In this document: piece by piece, positions 31,023 through 41,608 of the stretch
Layout: the number at the start of each line of letters is the position of its first letter
Position numbering within the stretch: position 1 is the first letter of the stretch
From: an uncultured delta proteobacterium
GTDB taxonomy: Bacteria > Myxococcota_A > Polyangia > Haliangiales > Haliangiaceae
DNA length: 64,000 nt
Reading direction: 5' to 3'
NCBI GenBank assembly: GCA_963848295.1
Contig: CAWKDB010000010.1
Span: 2,784,001-2,848,000 of the forward strand
Notes under the pieces: generated by a model
The model's input: only the letters and a program-made list of their open reading frames with translations
What the model was told of the DNA's origin: nothing
The model's database searches: none
Program-made: the position numbers and the translations under genes

Positions 31023-34000
31023 GGCCGATCCGTTCCTTCCACCAGCTCCTGGCGCAGCACGTGGAACTCGTCCGGGAACTCGCGCGCGAGGTTCTCGACC
31101 GCGTGCTGGCTCCACTTGTTCGAGATCCCGCCGGCCTTCGCCTTCTCGTAGACGTCTTGCCAGTCGGCCTTCGCCTCGTCGAGATCCTTCTTCAACGCCG
31201 CATCGCGCGCACCTTCGAACGCGGCGACGACGTCATCGTTGCCCTGGATGATCTTCGGGATCGGGAAGTTCGCGATCTTCTGCGCGCGGTCGTACTGGAT
31301 GTCTCCGAACCGAACCTTCGCCGCCATCGACGCCTCGAGCACGCCGAACTGATCGAGGTCGATGTAATAGTCTTCGGCTTTCTTGCGCGTCGACTCGATC
31401 GAGCCCTTCTGCGCTTCGATCTGCGCCTTGACCTGCTTGATCTTGCTGCTCGTGATCTGCCGCGTGATCTGCAGCGGCGACCACACGCGGTCGTAGTAGT
31501 CCTCGGCGATGTTGATCGCGAACTGCGCGGCGAGCTTCGCGCCCTTCGAGCCCTTCGTCGCGCCGTGCGACTTCCACGCGTCGATCGCGTCCTTCTCCGC
31601 CGCCTTGGCCAGGCCGGTGCGGCCCTTGCGGTGCCACAGCTCGGCGGTATCGGCGTACGACTTGACGTAGTCGTCTTCGTTGCCGGCGTCGCGACCGTAG
31701 CGCGAGCGCCAGCGATCGAGCGCGTCGACCATGCTGCTCACGTCACCCGCCTGGCGATAGATGCCGGCGATCGACCACTGAGCGCGATCCTGCTTGCGGT
31801 GATCGGGCTCGATCCGCAGGTACTGGCCGTAGAGCTCGACCGATTTCTTGAAGTCGCGATTGAGCTCCGCGGCGAACGCGGCGTTGTAGATCGCGTCGAG
31901 CCCGATCTCGTCGAGCGTGCGCGGCTTCTCACCCGGCAACGGCTCCGGTGCCTTGATGCCGAGGCGCTTCGCCTTCTTCGTGGTGTCGTAGAGATCGAGG
32001 TAGGTCTTGACCGCGTTGTCGTAGTCGAATGCAGCTTGGTAGCTCGCCGCGGTCAGGCGCATCGCGTCGAGGTAGTACGGGCTCTCGCGAAAGTTCTTCG
32101 CCGGGTTGCTCGTGAACTCCTTGAACAGCTGGATCGCGGTCTTCGGCCGATCGCCGAGCTTGTAGCTGACCGCGGCGTTGTACAGCGCGACCGGCAGATC
32201 CGCGTCCTTCTCTGGGGCGGTCTTGTAGAAGCGATAGAACCCCTCGGCCGCCGGGATGTACTGCTGCTTCGCGTAGAAGCCGCTCGCGCGCTCGAAGTTG
32301 ATCGACCGGTTCTGGCCGACCGCGAGGTCGATCGCGGCCTTGTCACCGCACTGGTTCTGGATGAACGCGTTGTTCGTCGCTTGGATGCCGTCGAAGTTGC
32401 CCTGCGCTTCGTAGATCGTGAGGATGCCGTCCTTCGCGCGCGACGCCGGCGCGATCGAGCTCTTGTCGCGAGGATCGGGCGGCGGTGCGTGACAGAACTG
32501 GTCTTCGACCTTCTTGAACCGCGCGATCGCGTCGTCGATGTGGAAGTACGCGAGGCTGATCAGCGCGGCGTTGATGCCCTGAGCCGGCGCGGCCTGCGGG
32601 TCCTGCACGATGTTCTGGTAGTTGTCGTACTCGGTCTGGAGCTGGACGTACGTCTCCGGAATCGGCTGCGGCGCCCACGGCTGCGGCGTCGCCTTGAGCT
32701 CGGCGATCGTCGGGATCTTGAGCGGCAACAGCTTGCCCTCCGCGACCTCGCGATCCGCCTCGGCGACGTACGCCTGGAGGATCGAACGCGCGGCGTCGAG
32801 GTAGTGCGAGTTGCCCATGTCGCGGTGATCGCGAACCCACTTGTACTGGGCGATCGCCTCGGGATAGCGCTCGCTGTAGAACAGCGCCTCGCCCTCGAGG
32901 AAGTTGAACTCGTAGATGTAGTCGGAGTCGCGGTAGTTATCGATGAACTGGCGATAGAGATCGACGGCCTTGCCGTACATCGCGATGTAGTCGGCCTTGG
33001 CCTGCGGATCTTTCTTGCTCGACGCCTCGTAGTCCTTGCGCAAGACGCTCGCGGCGGAGTGCGTGTTGCGAGCGGCGGCGTACAGCGCGCGCTCCGAGAT
33101 CCGGCGCTGGCTCTCCATCGCTTCGCGATTCTTCTCGTTCGCGGTGTACCAGGCGGTGCCCGGCGCGTAGCGCGTCGCGAGCTGGCCGGCGGCTTCGTCG
33201 GCGGCGTACTTGTCGCCCTTGAGCTCGAACGCGTTGACGATCTCCTGGTGGACCGTCGGGTTGTGCGGATCGAGCTCCCACGGCGGACCGATCGCGATCT
33301 TGAAGCAATCGACCGCCTGGTCGTACGCCTGGAGATCTTCGAACGCTTTGCCCAGCGCGACCCAGACGTCGCGGACGTGCGGCTCGTTCTCGCGACCGGC
33401 GTAGAACTTCTTCGCGCGATCGAACGCCTTGGCCGGATCGGTGTCGGTCTCGCCTTCCCACGGATCGGTGAACGCGACCGCGATGTATTGGATCGACTCT
33501 TCGCGCAGCTCGAGCGGCGGCGGGTTACCGGCCGCGACGATCTGATCGTAGAGCTTGACGCTGTCGTCAAAGCGCTTGATCGAGTCGAGCAGGAAGTCGC
33601 GCTTGTAGTAGCTCCACGCGAGCTTGTACAGCGACTCGGCGTAGAGCCGCGACTCCTCGCCGCCGTTCGCGACCTTGAGGTAGGCCGCGATCGCTTCGTC
33701 GAGCTCGCCCTGGATCGTGAAGTGATAGTCGGCGATGCCGCGGACCCAGGCATGGCGCACGAGCTCGGGGTCGGCGCCGGGATAGGCCTGGCAGTCGGCG
33801 TAGGGATCGCGCAGCTGCTTGGACTCGACGCGCTTGATCGCCTCTTGGTGGGTCGGCACCGCCGGCGGCGTGTCGGTCCACTTGTACTTGTTCGCGCAGG
33901 TCAACGCGAGGAACACCTCGAGCGAGCGCCGCTCGTCCTTGGTCTTGCCGTAGTACGCGAGCAGGTACAGGGTCTGCGGCGTCTGCCGGTACTTCGGGAA

Positions 34001-34627
34001 CTTCGTCAGGATGTCGAACCACAGCGACAGCGACTTCGAGTAGTCGGCGACGATGTCGGCCTGGTCGGGTCCGCCCGGGCCTTGCTTCTCGCGCTCGGCG
34101 AACCGCGCATCGACCTCGTCGTTCGCCTGATCGAGATAGAGATCGGCGAGCTGGTACATCTTGTCCGGCGTGTACTCCTCGTTATCGGGATGATCCTTGA
34201 GGAACTTCTCGATCAACGCGATCGTGTCGGTGTGCCGCTTCGTGCGCTCGACCTCGGTCTTCGCGATCCGATCGGAGTAGCGCTTCTCGAGCTCGCCGGT
34301 GCGGCTGTCGAAGTCGACCTTCGCGATCGCTCGCATCCGCTTGTCGTGCTCTTCGGCAGAGCGCGCGAAGTCGGTCCAGTCGCGCTCGACGCCCTTCAAC
34401 GCCTCCAGCTCTTTCGGCGAGAGCTGGAGCGGCGTGACGTCGGTCGGCCGCGCCGGAGCCGGCGTGCCGGTAGCCGGCGTCGCGGGCCGCGTGCCGAGGC
34501 CGGGACCTGTCGCGGGCCCGTCGGCGACCGGCACCGGGTTCGGCGTGGGTGCGGGAGCCGGCTGCGCATGCGCGACGCTCGCGATCGCGACCGCGAGCAC
34601 CGACCAGCGAACAGCGCGGGTCATCAC
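31019..34627 (-). CDS. Large secreted TPR protein, GltD/AgmU-like
   Basis: 1202 aa, signal peptide, many TPR-like helices (YQLADLY, LYKLAWSYY, LYNAAVSY). Confidence 0.8.
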   Translation of the reverse strand: MMTRAVRWSVLAVAIASVAHAQPAPAPTPNPVPVADGPATGPGLGTRPATPATGTPAPARPTDVTPLQLSPKELEALKGVERDWTDFARSAEEHDKRMRAIAKVDFDSRTGELEKRYSDRIAKTEVERTKRHTDTIALIEKFLKDHPDNEEYTPDKMYQLADLYLDQANDEVDARFAEREKQGPGGPDQADIVADYSKSLSLWFDILTKFPKYRQTPQTLYLLAYYGKTKDERRSLEVFLALTCANKYKWTDTPPAVPTHQEAIKRVESKQLRDPYADCQAYPGADPELVRHAWVRGIADYHFTIQGELDEAIAAYLKVANGGEESRLYAESLYKLAWSYYKRDFLLDSIKRFDDSVKLYDQIVAAGNPPPLELREESIQYIAVAFTDPWEGETDTDPAKAFDRAKKFYAGRENEPHVRDVWVALGKAFEDLQAYDQAVDCFKIAIGPPWELDPHNPTVHQEIVNAFELKGDKYAADEAAGQLATRYAPGTAWYTANEKNREAMESQRRISERALYAAARNTHSAASVLRKDYEASSKKDPQAKADYIAMYGKAVDLYRQFIDNYRDSDYIYEFNFLEGEALFYSERYPEAIAQYKWVRDHRDMGNSHYLDAARSILQAYVAEADREVAEGKLLPLKIPTIAELKATPQPWAPQPIPETYVQLQTEYDNYQNIVQDPQAAPAQGINAALISLAYFHIDDAIARFKKVEDQFCHAPPPDPRDKSSIAPASRAKDGILTIYEAQGNFDGIQATNNAFIQNQCGDKAAIDLAVGQNRSINFERASGFYAKQQYIPAAEGFYRFYKTAPEKDADLPVALYNAAVSYKLGDRPKTAIQLFKEFTSNPAKNFRESPYYLDAMRLTAASYQAAFDYDNAVKTYLDLYDTTKKAKRLGIKAPEPLPGEKPRTLDEIGLDAIYNAAFAAELNRDFKKSVELYGQYLRIEPDHRKQDRAQWSIAGIYRQAGDVSSMVDALDRWRSRYGRDAGNEDDYVKSYADTAELWHRKGRTGLAKAAEKDAIDAWKSHGATKGSKGAKLAAQFAINIAEDYYDRVWSPLQITRQITSSKIKQVKAQIEAQKGSIESTRKKAEDYYIDLDQFGVLEASMAAKVRFGDIQYDRAQKIANFPIPKIIQGNDDVVAAFEGARDAALKKDLDEAKADWQDVYEKAKAGGISNKWSQHAVENLAREFPDEFHVLRQELVEGTDRP

Positions 34628-37119
34628 TTGGACCCTCCCGCCTTCTTCTTCGGATCGTCGGGCTTGACCGTCGGGCTCGTCCCGGTCTTGTCACCGCCAT
34701 CGACTGGCTTGATCCGGTCGCCGCCGCCTTTGCTGCCCGCTTGGTCGGGGTTGCCGGTCGTCGTGTCGGTCGGCGGCGGGATCGACGTCGTCTTCTTGGC
34801 CGCGACCGGCTTCGCGGTGGCGTCGAGGATGTCCTTGAACTCGTCTCGCAGCTGCTTGATCTCGCGCGCGCGTGCGAGGTTCAGGCGCTTGAGGTCGTCG
34901 TCGGTATCTTCTTTTTGCGACCACGCGACGTCGACGCTGCCGACGTCGGTCCGGATGTTGACGTCCGCGAGCTTGGCTTCGACGTCCTTGAGGCTCGCGG
35001 CGAGCACGGTCGTGCCGACCGCCTTCGCGTCGGCTTCTTGGGTCGCGAGATCCTGCTGGAGCTGCGAGAGCACCGTGCGCTCCGCGGCGAGCTCGGTCGT
35101 CGCCGACGCGATCCCGGCTTGCGCGAGCTGCTCGAGCTGCCCGTCGGATTGCTCGAGGCCCTCGGCGAGCACGGTCGCGCGGCTGCCGAGCGCGGCGAGC
35201 GCTTGCGACTTGCTCGGGTCGTGGCTCGCGCTCGCGAACCCGGCGAGCACGCGATGCTCGGCACCGAGCGCCGCGATCAACTGCGTACGCACGGCGCGCG
35301 CCTGCACGAGCTGATCGTCCGAGATCGTCGCCAGGTCTTTGCCGAGCTCGATCTCGTGGCGAAGCTCGACGATCTCGTCCTCGATCGCCTGGGCTTCGCT
35401 GCCGGTGGCATCGAGCTGCTGGGTCGTCGCCGCCTTCGCATCGGCGGCGATCGCATCGGGCTTGTCCATCATGTACTTGCGCATCGCGACCGACATTGCC
35501 TGCGTGGAGTCGAGCGCACTCTCGACCTCGGTGAGCGCGGTGTCCAAGCCGTCGTAGCCCTGCTGGATCTGCACCACCCGGTCGGCGAACGCCTTGTCCG
35601 GATCGCCGAGCGCGGCGTACTGCTTCTCCAGCGCCTGGCGGGCCGCGGCGACCTGGCCGACCTGGCCGGATTGGTCGACCAGCTTCAGCTCGTCGTCTGC
35701 GAGCTGCGAGCGCATGCCGATCAGATCGTTCTGGATCCGCGAGATCTCGGCGCGCCGGGACGCGAGCGCGGGGAACACCGACACCTTGTCGGGCGCGACG
35801 ACCATCGCCTCGAGCAGCGAGATCGTCTGCTTGGTCTGTCCGATCGTGTCCTGGAGATCGCCCAGCTCGGTCTCCATCGTGACGAAGCGCTGAACCGCGG
35901 GCTCGTCGCGCATCCACTGCACGGCCGCTTCCGGAATCGGCGTCGTCGCCTGGAAGGCGTGGCCGCTGCGGCCCGAGATCTGGACGAGGAAGCTCGTCGG
36001 ATCGGCGTGGCCTTCGACGATGTCCTTGAGCGCGAGATACGACGGCAGGTACTCGGCGTGCGTCTGCGCGAAGATCTCGGAGGCCTTCGCGTACTCGACC
36101 TCCGGGTCGCTCGGTGCGCTCGGGCCCGCGGTGCCGTTGACCTGACCGGCGCGGATCATCTGAGCCTTGCGAATGCGCAGGTTGCCCTCGAGGATCCGCA
36201 CGGTCGGGGTCTTCGTCGTATCCGGGTCCGATTGCTCGAGCAGCTCGAGCGCGCGCAGCGCGTGGTCGTATTGCTTGTTCTTGACGTAGACCCAGCCGAC
36301 CTCGTACAGCGCGTCGGGGAACAGGTCGCTGTGGCGATCGATGAGCAGGTAGCTGTCGATCGACTTCGACGGCTGATCGCGCTCGTAGTACAGCCGGCCG
36401 AGCGCGAGCTGACCGAGCTCGATCATCCGGCGATCGTTCGACGTGCGCGGCTGGCGGCCGATCAAGTCGGTGAAGATGTCGGTCGCCTTCGCGAGGTCTT
36501 TCTTCGCGACCGAGGTCACGGCGGTGTAGTAGAGCGCCTCGAGCTCGAAGTCGGAGCCCTTGGGCACCTGGTTGAAGTACGCGAGCGCCTCGTCGTACTT
36601 GCCTTGCGAGAACGAGTACTTGCCGTGGACGTAAGGCACTTGCGGCAGGCGCAGTCCGCCGCTCACCCGATCGAGATCGCCGAGCCATTCGTCGACGTGC
36701 GTGTTGTCTTCCTGCGCGATCGCGATCTCGACGAGCCGGATCAACGCCGGCTGGTACCACTTGCTCGAGACGTTGTTCGCGCTCGCGAGCTGGGTGAAGT
36801 ACATCCGCGCCGCGCCGCGATCGCCCTTCTGGTACTTCGACTCGGCGAGGTAGTAGATCGCCGAGTCGCGCTCGGGACCTTGGAGCGAGCGCACGAGATC
36901 GAACAGCTCGCGCGATGCGGTGTCGTAGTCGCCGAGGCTGAACGCGAGCTCGGCCTCGGTGAGCGTGTGCGATCCGTGGGGACCGCCGAGCTCGCCGAGC
37001 TTCGGCATGTCGGTCGCCAGTCGGCGCGCATCGACTTCATAGCGCCCGAGCTTCGTACCGACGTCGTCGGCGGACGCCACGGCCGGAGCCAACAGCAGTA
37101 CGGCGACTAGTGCTCGCAT
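34624..37119 (-). CDS. Secreted TPR / coiled-coil protein of the Glt-like operon
   Basis: Signal peptide, TPR repeats (LALGRLYY, ALYEVGWVY), coiled-coil C-terminal half; coupled by overlapping stop/start codons. Confidence 0.75.
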   Translation of the reverse strand: MRALVAVLLLAPAVASADDVGTKLGRYEVDARRLATDMPKLGELGGPHGSHTLTEAELAFSLGDYDTASRELFDLVRSLQGPERDSAIYYLAESKYQKGDRGAARMYFTQLASANNVSSKWYQPALIRLVEIAIAQEDNTHVDEWLGDLDRVSGGLRLPQVPYVHGKYSFSQGKYDEALAYFNQVPKGSDFELEALYYTAVTSVAKKDLAKATDIFTDLIGRQPRTSNDRRMIELGQLALGRLYYERDQPSKSIDSYLLIDRHSDLFPDALYEVGWVYVKNKQYDHALRALELLEQSDPDTTKTPTVRILEGNLRIRKAQMIRAGQVNGTAGPSAPSDPEVEYAKASEIFAQTHAEYLPSYLALKDIVEGHADPTSFLVQISGRSGHAFQATTPIPEAAVQWMRDEPAVQRFVTMETELGDLQDTIGQTKQTISLLEAMVVAPDKVSVFPALASRRAEISRIQNDLIGMRSQLADDELKLVDQSGQVGQVAAARQALEKQYAALGDPDKAFADRVVQIQQGYDGLDTALTEVESALDSTQAMSVAMRKYMMDKPDAIAADAKAATTQQLDATGSEAQAIEDEIVELRHEIELGKDLATISDDQLVQARAVRTQLIAALGAEHRVLAGFASASHDPSKSQALAALGSRATVLAEGLEQSDGQLEQLAQAGIASATTELAAERTVLSQLQQDLATQEADAKAVGTTVLAASLKDVEAKLADVNIRTDVGSVDVAWSQKEDTDDDLKRLNLARAREIKQLRDEFKDILDATAKPVAAKKTTSIPPPTDTTTGNPDQAGSKGGGDRIKPVDGGDKTGTSPTVKPDDPKKKAGGSK

Positions 37120-37892
37120 TATTGCCCCGCGCTGGCCGCCGGCAGCGGCGTGGAGCCCGGCGTGGTCTGCGTCGGGGTCTCGGTCGGTTTCTCAGGCATC
37201 ACCTGCGTGACCTTGCAATCGATCGCCGTACGATTCTCCATCCGCGTCGTCATGCCACCTTTTTCGAACCCGCGGCACTCGACCCGTGCCGTCTTGCCCT
37301 CGCCGGCGACGAACTGGTTCGAGCCCTTCGCGGTGAACGTGTACTTCGACATGTACTCGAACACGCCGTAGCCATGACCCCGGTACGTCGCGACGGCCGA
37401 CACGCTGTGGCTGCCCGGCGCGATCGGTCCACCGAAGATGTCGAACGACTTGGTCTTGTACAAGCTCTCGGCGGTGTCGTCGGTGCGGCCGAACACTTCG
37501 GTGCCGTCGAGCGAGTACGTCAGCTTGATCAACCGATACGCCGAGCCCATCTCGCTCTTGTGCGTGATCAACGCCTGCGCGCCGACGCCGCCGCCGAGCA
37601 TGTTCTCCTTGAGAATCTCGGTGCGCGCCTTGAGCTGCCACGCGCGTTCCTTGAGCTCTTGGGTCTTCTGCTCGATCCGGCGCATCCGCACCGCGGTCGG
37701 CATGTCCTCGGGCTTGACGTCTTCGGGCGCAGGAGCTGCGGCGCTGCCACTGCCGCTGCCAGCGTCGGGCGCGGGCGCCGGTGCCGGAGCAGGTGCCGGC
37801 GGCGGCGCCTTCTTCTGATTGTTCGGACCCGCGACCACGGTGGCGGCGAGCAGAGAACTCAAGACAACGACAACGATCGACGTGCTTTGCAT
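37119..37892 (-). CDS. Secreted hypothetical protein, first gene of the Glt-like operon
   Basis: Signal peptide, Pro-rich linker, short coiled coil, beta-rich domain (YRGHGYGVFEY). Confidence 0.7.
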   Translation of the reverse strand: MQSTSIVVVVLSSLLAATVVAGPNNQKKAPPPAPAPAPAPAPDAGSGSGSAAAPAPEDVKPEDMPTAVRMRRIEQKTQELKERAWQLKARTEILKENMLGGGVGAQALITHKSEMGSAYRLIKLTYSLDGTEVFGRTDDTAESLYKTKSFDIFGGPIAPGSHSVSAVATYRGHGYGVFEYMSKYTFTAKGSNQFVAGEGKTARVECRGFEKGGMTTRMENRTAIDCKVTQVMPEKPTETPTQTTPGSTPLPAASAGQ

Positions 37893-38073
37893 GGAAGGGC
37901 CCCTTGCCGAACAACGCGTATCTGACGTCCCTCGAACATCAGCATGCGCCGGTGCGGCCGGCGCATTTTCCTTTGGAATGATGCGGTTGTAACACCGGTA
38001 ACGGGGTGCTTCAAGCCGACGGGCCCGCGAGCTCTCCGGGAGCCCGAATTTCAGTCGAATCGGTCACATCGCT

Positions 38074-39075
38074 TCAACGCCCCAGGTGCTTCCACAGCGC
38101 TTCGAGCACCGGCGCCACCCCCTGCCCGGTCGCGGCCGACATGGCGAACATCGTGATGCCCTGCGCGGCGAGCTGGACGCGAAAGTCCTCGACCTCGGAT
38201 GGCTCGATCGCGTCGATCTTGTTGAGCGCGACGACCTGCGGCTTGGTCGCCAACTCCGGTGCATAGCGCTGGAGCTCGGCGTTGATCGTCCGGAAGTCGG
38301 CGAGCGGCGAGCGGCCCGGCCCGGTCAGGTACGTCGCCTCGACGATGTGGAGCAGCACGCGGCAGCGCTCGACGTGGCGCAAGAACTGGTGGCCGAGGCC
38401 GGCGCCTTCCGATGCACCCTCGATCAGGCCCGGGATGTCGGCGATCACGAAGTTGCGCTCGTCCGACATCTGGACGACGCCGAGGTTCGGCACCAGCGTC
38501 GTGAACGGGTAGTCCGCGATCTTCGGCCGAGCCCGCGACACGCTCGCGATGAACGTCGACTTGCCGACGTTCGGATAGCCGAGCAAGCCGACATCGGCGA
38601 GGAGCTTGAGCTCGAGCCGGACGGTGCGATCGTCGCCGAGCGTGCCGGGCTCGAACTTCGTCGGCGCTTGGTTCCACGGCGTCGCGAAGTGGATGTTGCC
38701 GCGACCGCCGATGCCGCCCTTCGCGAGCACGAACGTCGCGGTCGGCTGATCGAGATCGGCGATGAGCTCGCCAGTCGGCTCGTCGTAGATCACGGTGCCG
38801 ACCGGGACGCGCACGGTCATGTCCTCGCCGGCGGCGCCGTACTGATCCTTGTTGCGACCATCCTCGCCGCGCTCGGCTTTGTAGTGGCGGCGATACTTGA
38901 AATCGAGCAGCGACGACATCCGCGGATCGGCGACGAACAAGATGCTGCCGCCGTCGCCGCCGTCGCCGCCGGACGGCCCCCCGTGTGGTACACCGTCCTC
39001 GCGCCGGAACGCGGCGGACCCGTTGCCGCCGTCTCCCGCCTTCACGTGGATGATGGCCTCGTCGATGAACTGCAT
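38074..39075 (-). CDS. obgE: GTPase ObgE/CgtA
   Basis: FIDEA..GDGGNG, GGPSGGDGG, ADVGLLGYPNVGKST, YPFTTL, DIPGLIEGA, NKID. Confidence 0.98.
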   Translation of the reverse strand: MQFIDEAIIHVKAGDGGNGSAAFRREDGVPHGGPSGGDGGDGGSILFVADPRMSSLLDFKYRRHYKAERGEDGRNKDQYGAAGEDMTVRVPVGTVIYDEPTGELIADLDQPTATFVLAKGGIGGRGNIHFATPWNQAPTKFEPGTLGDDRTVRLELKLLADVGLLGYPNVGKSTFIASVSRARPKIADYPFTTLVPNLGVVQMSDERNFVIADIPGLIEGASEGAGLGHQFLRHVERCRVLLHIVEATYLTGPGRSPLADFRTINAELQRYAPELATKPQVVALNKIDAIEPSEVEDFRVQLAAQGITMFAMSAATGQGVAPVLEALWKHLGR

Positions 39076-39092
39076 GATGCGCGAGCCGATCT

Positions 39093-40166
39093 ATGGCTGA
39101 CCGCACCCGCGGGTCAAGCGCGTTGACGGTCGTGTGGGCCCGCGCGGTGTTCGAGCCGGCGTCGCGGCGAGCGCTCGGCGTCTGGCTCGGCGCCAGCATC
39201 GTCGCCGCGGTGGTGTTCGGCGGTACCGGCATGCAGCCGGAGGACCTGACCGAGCTCGCGCTCCACAACCTCGGGGCCGGCGCGGTGCTGCTTGCCACCT
39301 GGGTGCTGGTGTTCGTGCCGGTCGCGCGCGTGCTCGTGCGCCAGGACGAGGCGCGCTACCTGCGCTCGCTGCCGAGCTCGCCGATGATCGCGCTCGCGCT
39401 CGGCGGCATCGGGCTCGTGTGGTGGCAGCTGCCGTGGGTCGCGCTGTGGGTCGCCGGCGAAGGCGCGCGCGGTCTGCTCGTCGTGTTCTCGACGACGATC
39501 CTCGTGTCCGCGATCGCCTCGTGGCAGCCGCCGGTCGTCCGCGCGACGATCCCGCGATGGAGCGGTGCCGCGAGCGCGCTGTTCGGGGTCTATCTGCGCG
39601 CGTTGCGTCGCCAAGGCGGCGATGCGCTCGTGCGCGGGGTCGGGCTCGCGGTGCTCGCGGGTCTCGCCAGCGGGCTATTCGTCGCGAACAACGGCTTATT
39701 CGGCGCCCACGCCGCCGTCGTCGGCGCGTCCGTGATCGCGGTCGCGCTCGTACCGGCGGTCGGCGGTGCGCTCGTCGCGCTCGGGGCCGCGCATCGCCAG
39801 GCCGAGGTACTCGCGATGTCTCTCGGGATCGCGCCGAGCGTGCGAGTCCGCGTGCTCGCGCAGACGAGCATCGCGATTTATCTCGCAGCGAGCGCGATCG
39901 CCTCGGTCGCGGCGATCGCGTTCGTCGGCGGCGATGGGCTCGCGATCGCGGCGGCTGCGCCCGCGGTCGGGGTCTGCTGCGGGATCGCGGCGACGCGCGT
40001 GCTGCTGTATGCCGAGGCGTCACCGCAAGCGGCGACGGGTCGCACGATCATCGGCGCGATCGTCGTCGCGGCCGGGGCGCTGATCTACCTCGGCGTGCTC
40101 GGCGTACTCGGCATCCCCGCGCTCGCGGCGACCGCGACGGTCTCGGTCCTGACGAGGAAGTCATGA
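39093..40166 (+). CDS. Multi-pass membrane protein, probable ABC exporter permease
   Basis: About 10 hydrophobic segments; ATGA overlap with the downstream ABC ATPase. Confidence 0.65.
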   Translation: MADRTRGSSALTVVWARAVFEPASRRALGVWLGASIVAAVVFGGTGMQPEDLTELALHNLGAGAVLLATWVLVFVPVARVLVRQDEARYLRSLPSSPMIALALGGIGLVWWQLPWVALWVAGEGARGLLVVFSTTILVSAIASWQPPVVRATIPRWSGAASALFGVYLRALRRQGGDALVRGVGLAVLAGLASGLFVANNGLFGAHAAVVGASVIAVALVPAVGGALVALGAAHRQAEVLAMSLGIAPSVRVRVLAQTSIAIYLAASAIASVAAIAFVGGDGLAIAAAAPAVGVCCGIAATRVLLYAEASPQAATGRTIIGAIVVAAGALIYLGVLGVLGIPALAATATVSVLTRKS

Positions 40167-40777
40167 CCTTGCGAGTCGAACGGCTCGGCGTGCGGCGCGG
40201 CGGACGCACGATCTTGTCCGACATCGAGCTCGAGGTCGGCGGCGGTGAGATCCTCGGTGTCGTCGGCAAGAACGGGTGCGGTAAGTCGACGTTGCTGCTC
40301 GCGGTCGCCGGTGTGCTCGAGCCGTTCGACGGCCGCGTCGAGATCGCGGGCGCGTCGGTGTGGGGCAGCACGCGCGAGCGTGGCAAGGCGCGCAAGGTCC
40401 TCGGCTACGTGCCCGAGGCCGCCGATCCGCCCGGCTTTCTCCTCGGCGGCGAGCTTTGGGCGATGTGCGCCGCGGCGCGCGGTGTCGACGGGCCGAGTGC
40501 CGACCTGATCGCGCGCCTCGGGCTCGATGACGTGCGCGAGCTGCGGATCGAGCGGATGTCACTCGGGCAACGCCGCCGCACGTGCATCGCAGCCGCGCTG
40601 CTCGGGCCACCGAAGTTGCTCGTGCTCGACGAGCCGGACAACGGACTCGATGCCGCGCGCACGGTCGCGCTCGCCGAGCTCTTACTCGAGCACAAAGCGA
40701 GTGGCAACGCGACGGTGATCGCTACGCACGATCGCGCGCTGCTCGAGCGACTGGGCGCTCGCGTCTACGAGATGTGA
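40163..40777 (+). CDS. ABC transporter ATP-binding protein
   Basis: Walker A GKNGCGKST, signature MSLGQRRR, Walker B LLVLDEP, H-loop ATHD. Confidence 0.92.
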   Translation: MTLRVERLGVRRGGRTILSDIELEVGGGEILGVVGKNGCGKSTLLLAVAGVLEPFDGRVEIAGASVWGSTRERGKARKVLGYVPEAADPPGFLLGGELWAMCAAARGVDGPSADLIARLGLDDVRELRIERMSLGQRRRTCIAAALLGPPKLLVLDEPDNGLDAARTVALAELLLEHKASGNATVIATHDRALLERLGARVYEM

Positions 40778-40803
40778 CAACCCGGCCGGGCGTGCACCGG
40801 ACG

Positions 40804-41583
40804 TCAGCGCCGCCGCCGACGCGCGAGCGCAACAGCGGCGAGCACGAGCCCGCCCGAGCCGAGTCCACCGCTGCCGCCGGCCGAGCAGCCACCGTGGTGG
40901 GTCGGCGTCGTGCCGGCATCGCCGGTCTCGCCGCCACCGCCGCCAGCCGCATCGGGCTGTGGGCCGGCATCGACCGCGGCGGACAGCGGCCTGATCTGGA
41001 TGCCGTTGAGCGCGGCCGATGGTTGGCCGGTCTCCAAGCCGGAGTGCGCCGGCAAGTTCCCGTCGGCAGCGACCGTGACGACATAGCGCGCGTAGGTCAC
41101 GCCTTCGGTGTGCGCGCCGGGCCAAGCACCGCCGACGTCGATCGTCGTGGGGGCTTCGTCCTGCCGCGTGCGCGATAACACGCTCGGCGCATTCGGCGTC
41201 CACGCGTAGACCAAGACCTCGTACGTGCCGGCGGTAAAGCCATTGAACGTGAGACACGTCTCGGCGCCGGTCGTATCGAGCCCGGTGTTCAGCAGCTTCG
41301 CGTCGTCGCCGCTAACCGACGCGTCGGCGGTCGTCAGCATCGTCGTCGTGGGCGACTGCGACATCGTGATCGAGGTCGGTGCGCCGGATAGGTCGACGAT
41401 CTGAAACGTCGTTCCTGCGATGCCGGAGATGCTGTTCCACGTGCCGGCCGCGCCCGCTGCGCCATAGGTCGATGCCGGCGCCCCATCGATCGGGCCGAAG
41501 TTGACGTTGATGGCCTGGGCTTGCGCCGTCGTAGCCAGACCAAGCACGCCTACGACGACGGCAACTCTCATTCCTGCCATCAT
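40804..41583 (-). CDS. Secreted protein with MYXO-CTERM-type C-terminal anchor
   Basis: Signal peptide (AQA); C-terminus GGCSAGG...LVLAAVALARRRRR. Confidence 0.75.
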   Translation of the reverse strand: MMAGMRVAVVVGVLGLATTAQAQAINVNFGPIDGAPASTYGAAGAAGTWNSISGIAGTTFQIVDLSGAPTSITMSQSPTTTMLTTADASVSGDDAKLLNTGLDTTGAETCLTFNGFTAGTYEVLVYAWTPNAPSVLSRTRQDEAPTTIDVGGAWPGAHTEGVTYARYVVTVAADGNLPAHSGLETGQPSAALNGIQIRPLSAAVDAGPQPDAAGGGGGETGDAGTTPTHHGGCSAGGSGGLGSGGLVLAAVALARRRRR

Positions 41584-41608
41584 AAGCCCGATCCCGGGCG
41601 GATGGGAA

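Noticed and set aside
31007..37110. Very long plus-strand ORFs (1435 aa and 853 aa)
   Set aside because: Antisense shadows of the minus-strand TPR genes, typical of high-GC codon bias; no motifs and Arg-rich composition.
37944..37966. Hairpin ATGCGCCGG-N5-CCGGCGCAT upstream of the Glt-like operon as a riboswitch or ncRNA
   Set aside because: A single short stem with no recognisable aptamer; it could be an operator or terminator but is unsupported.
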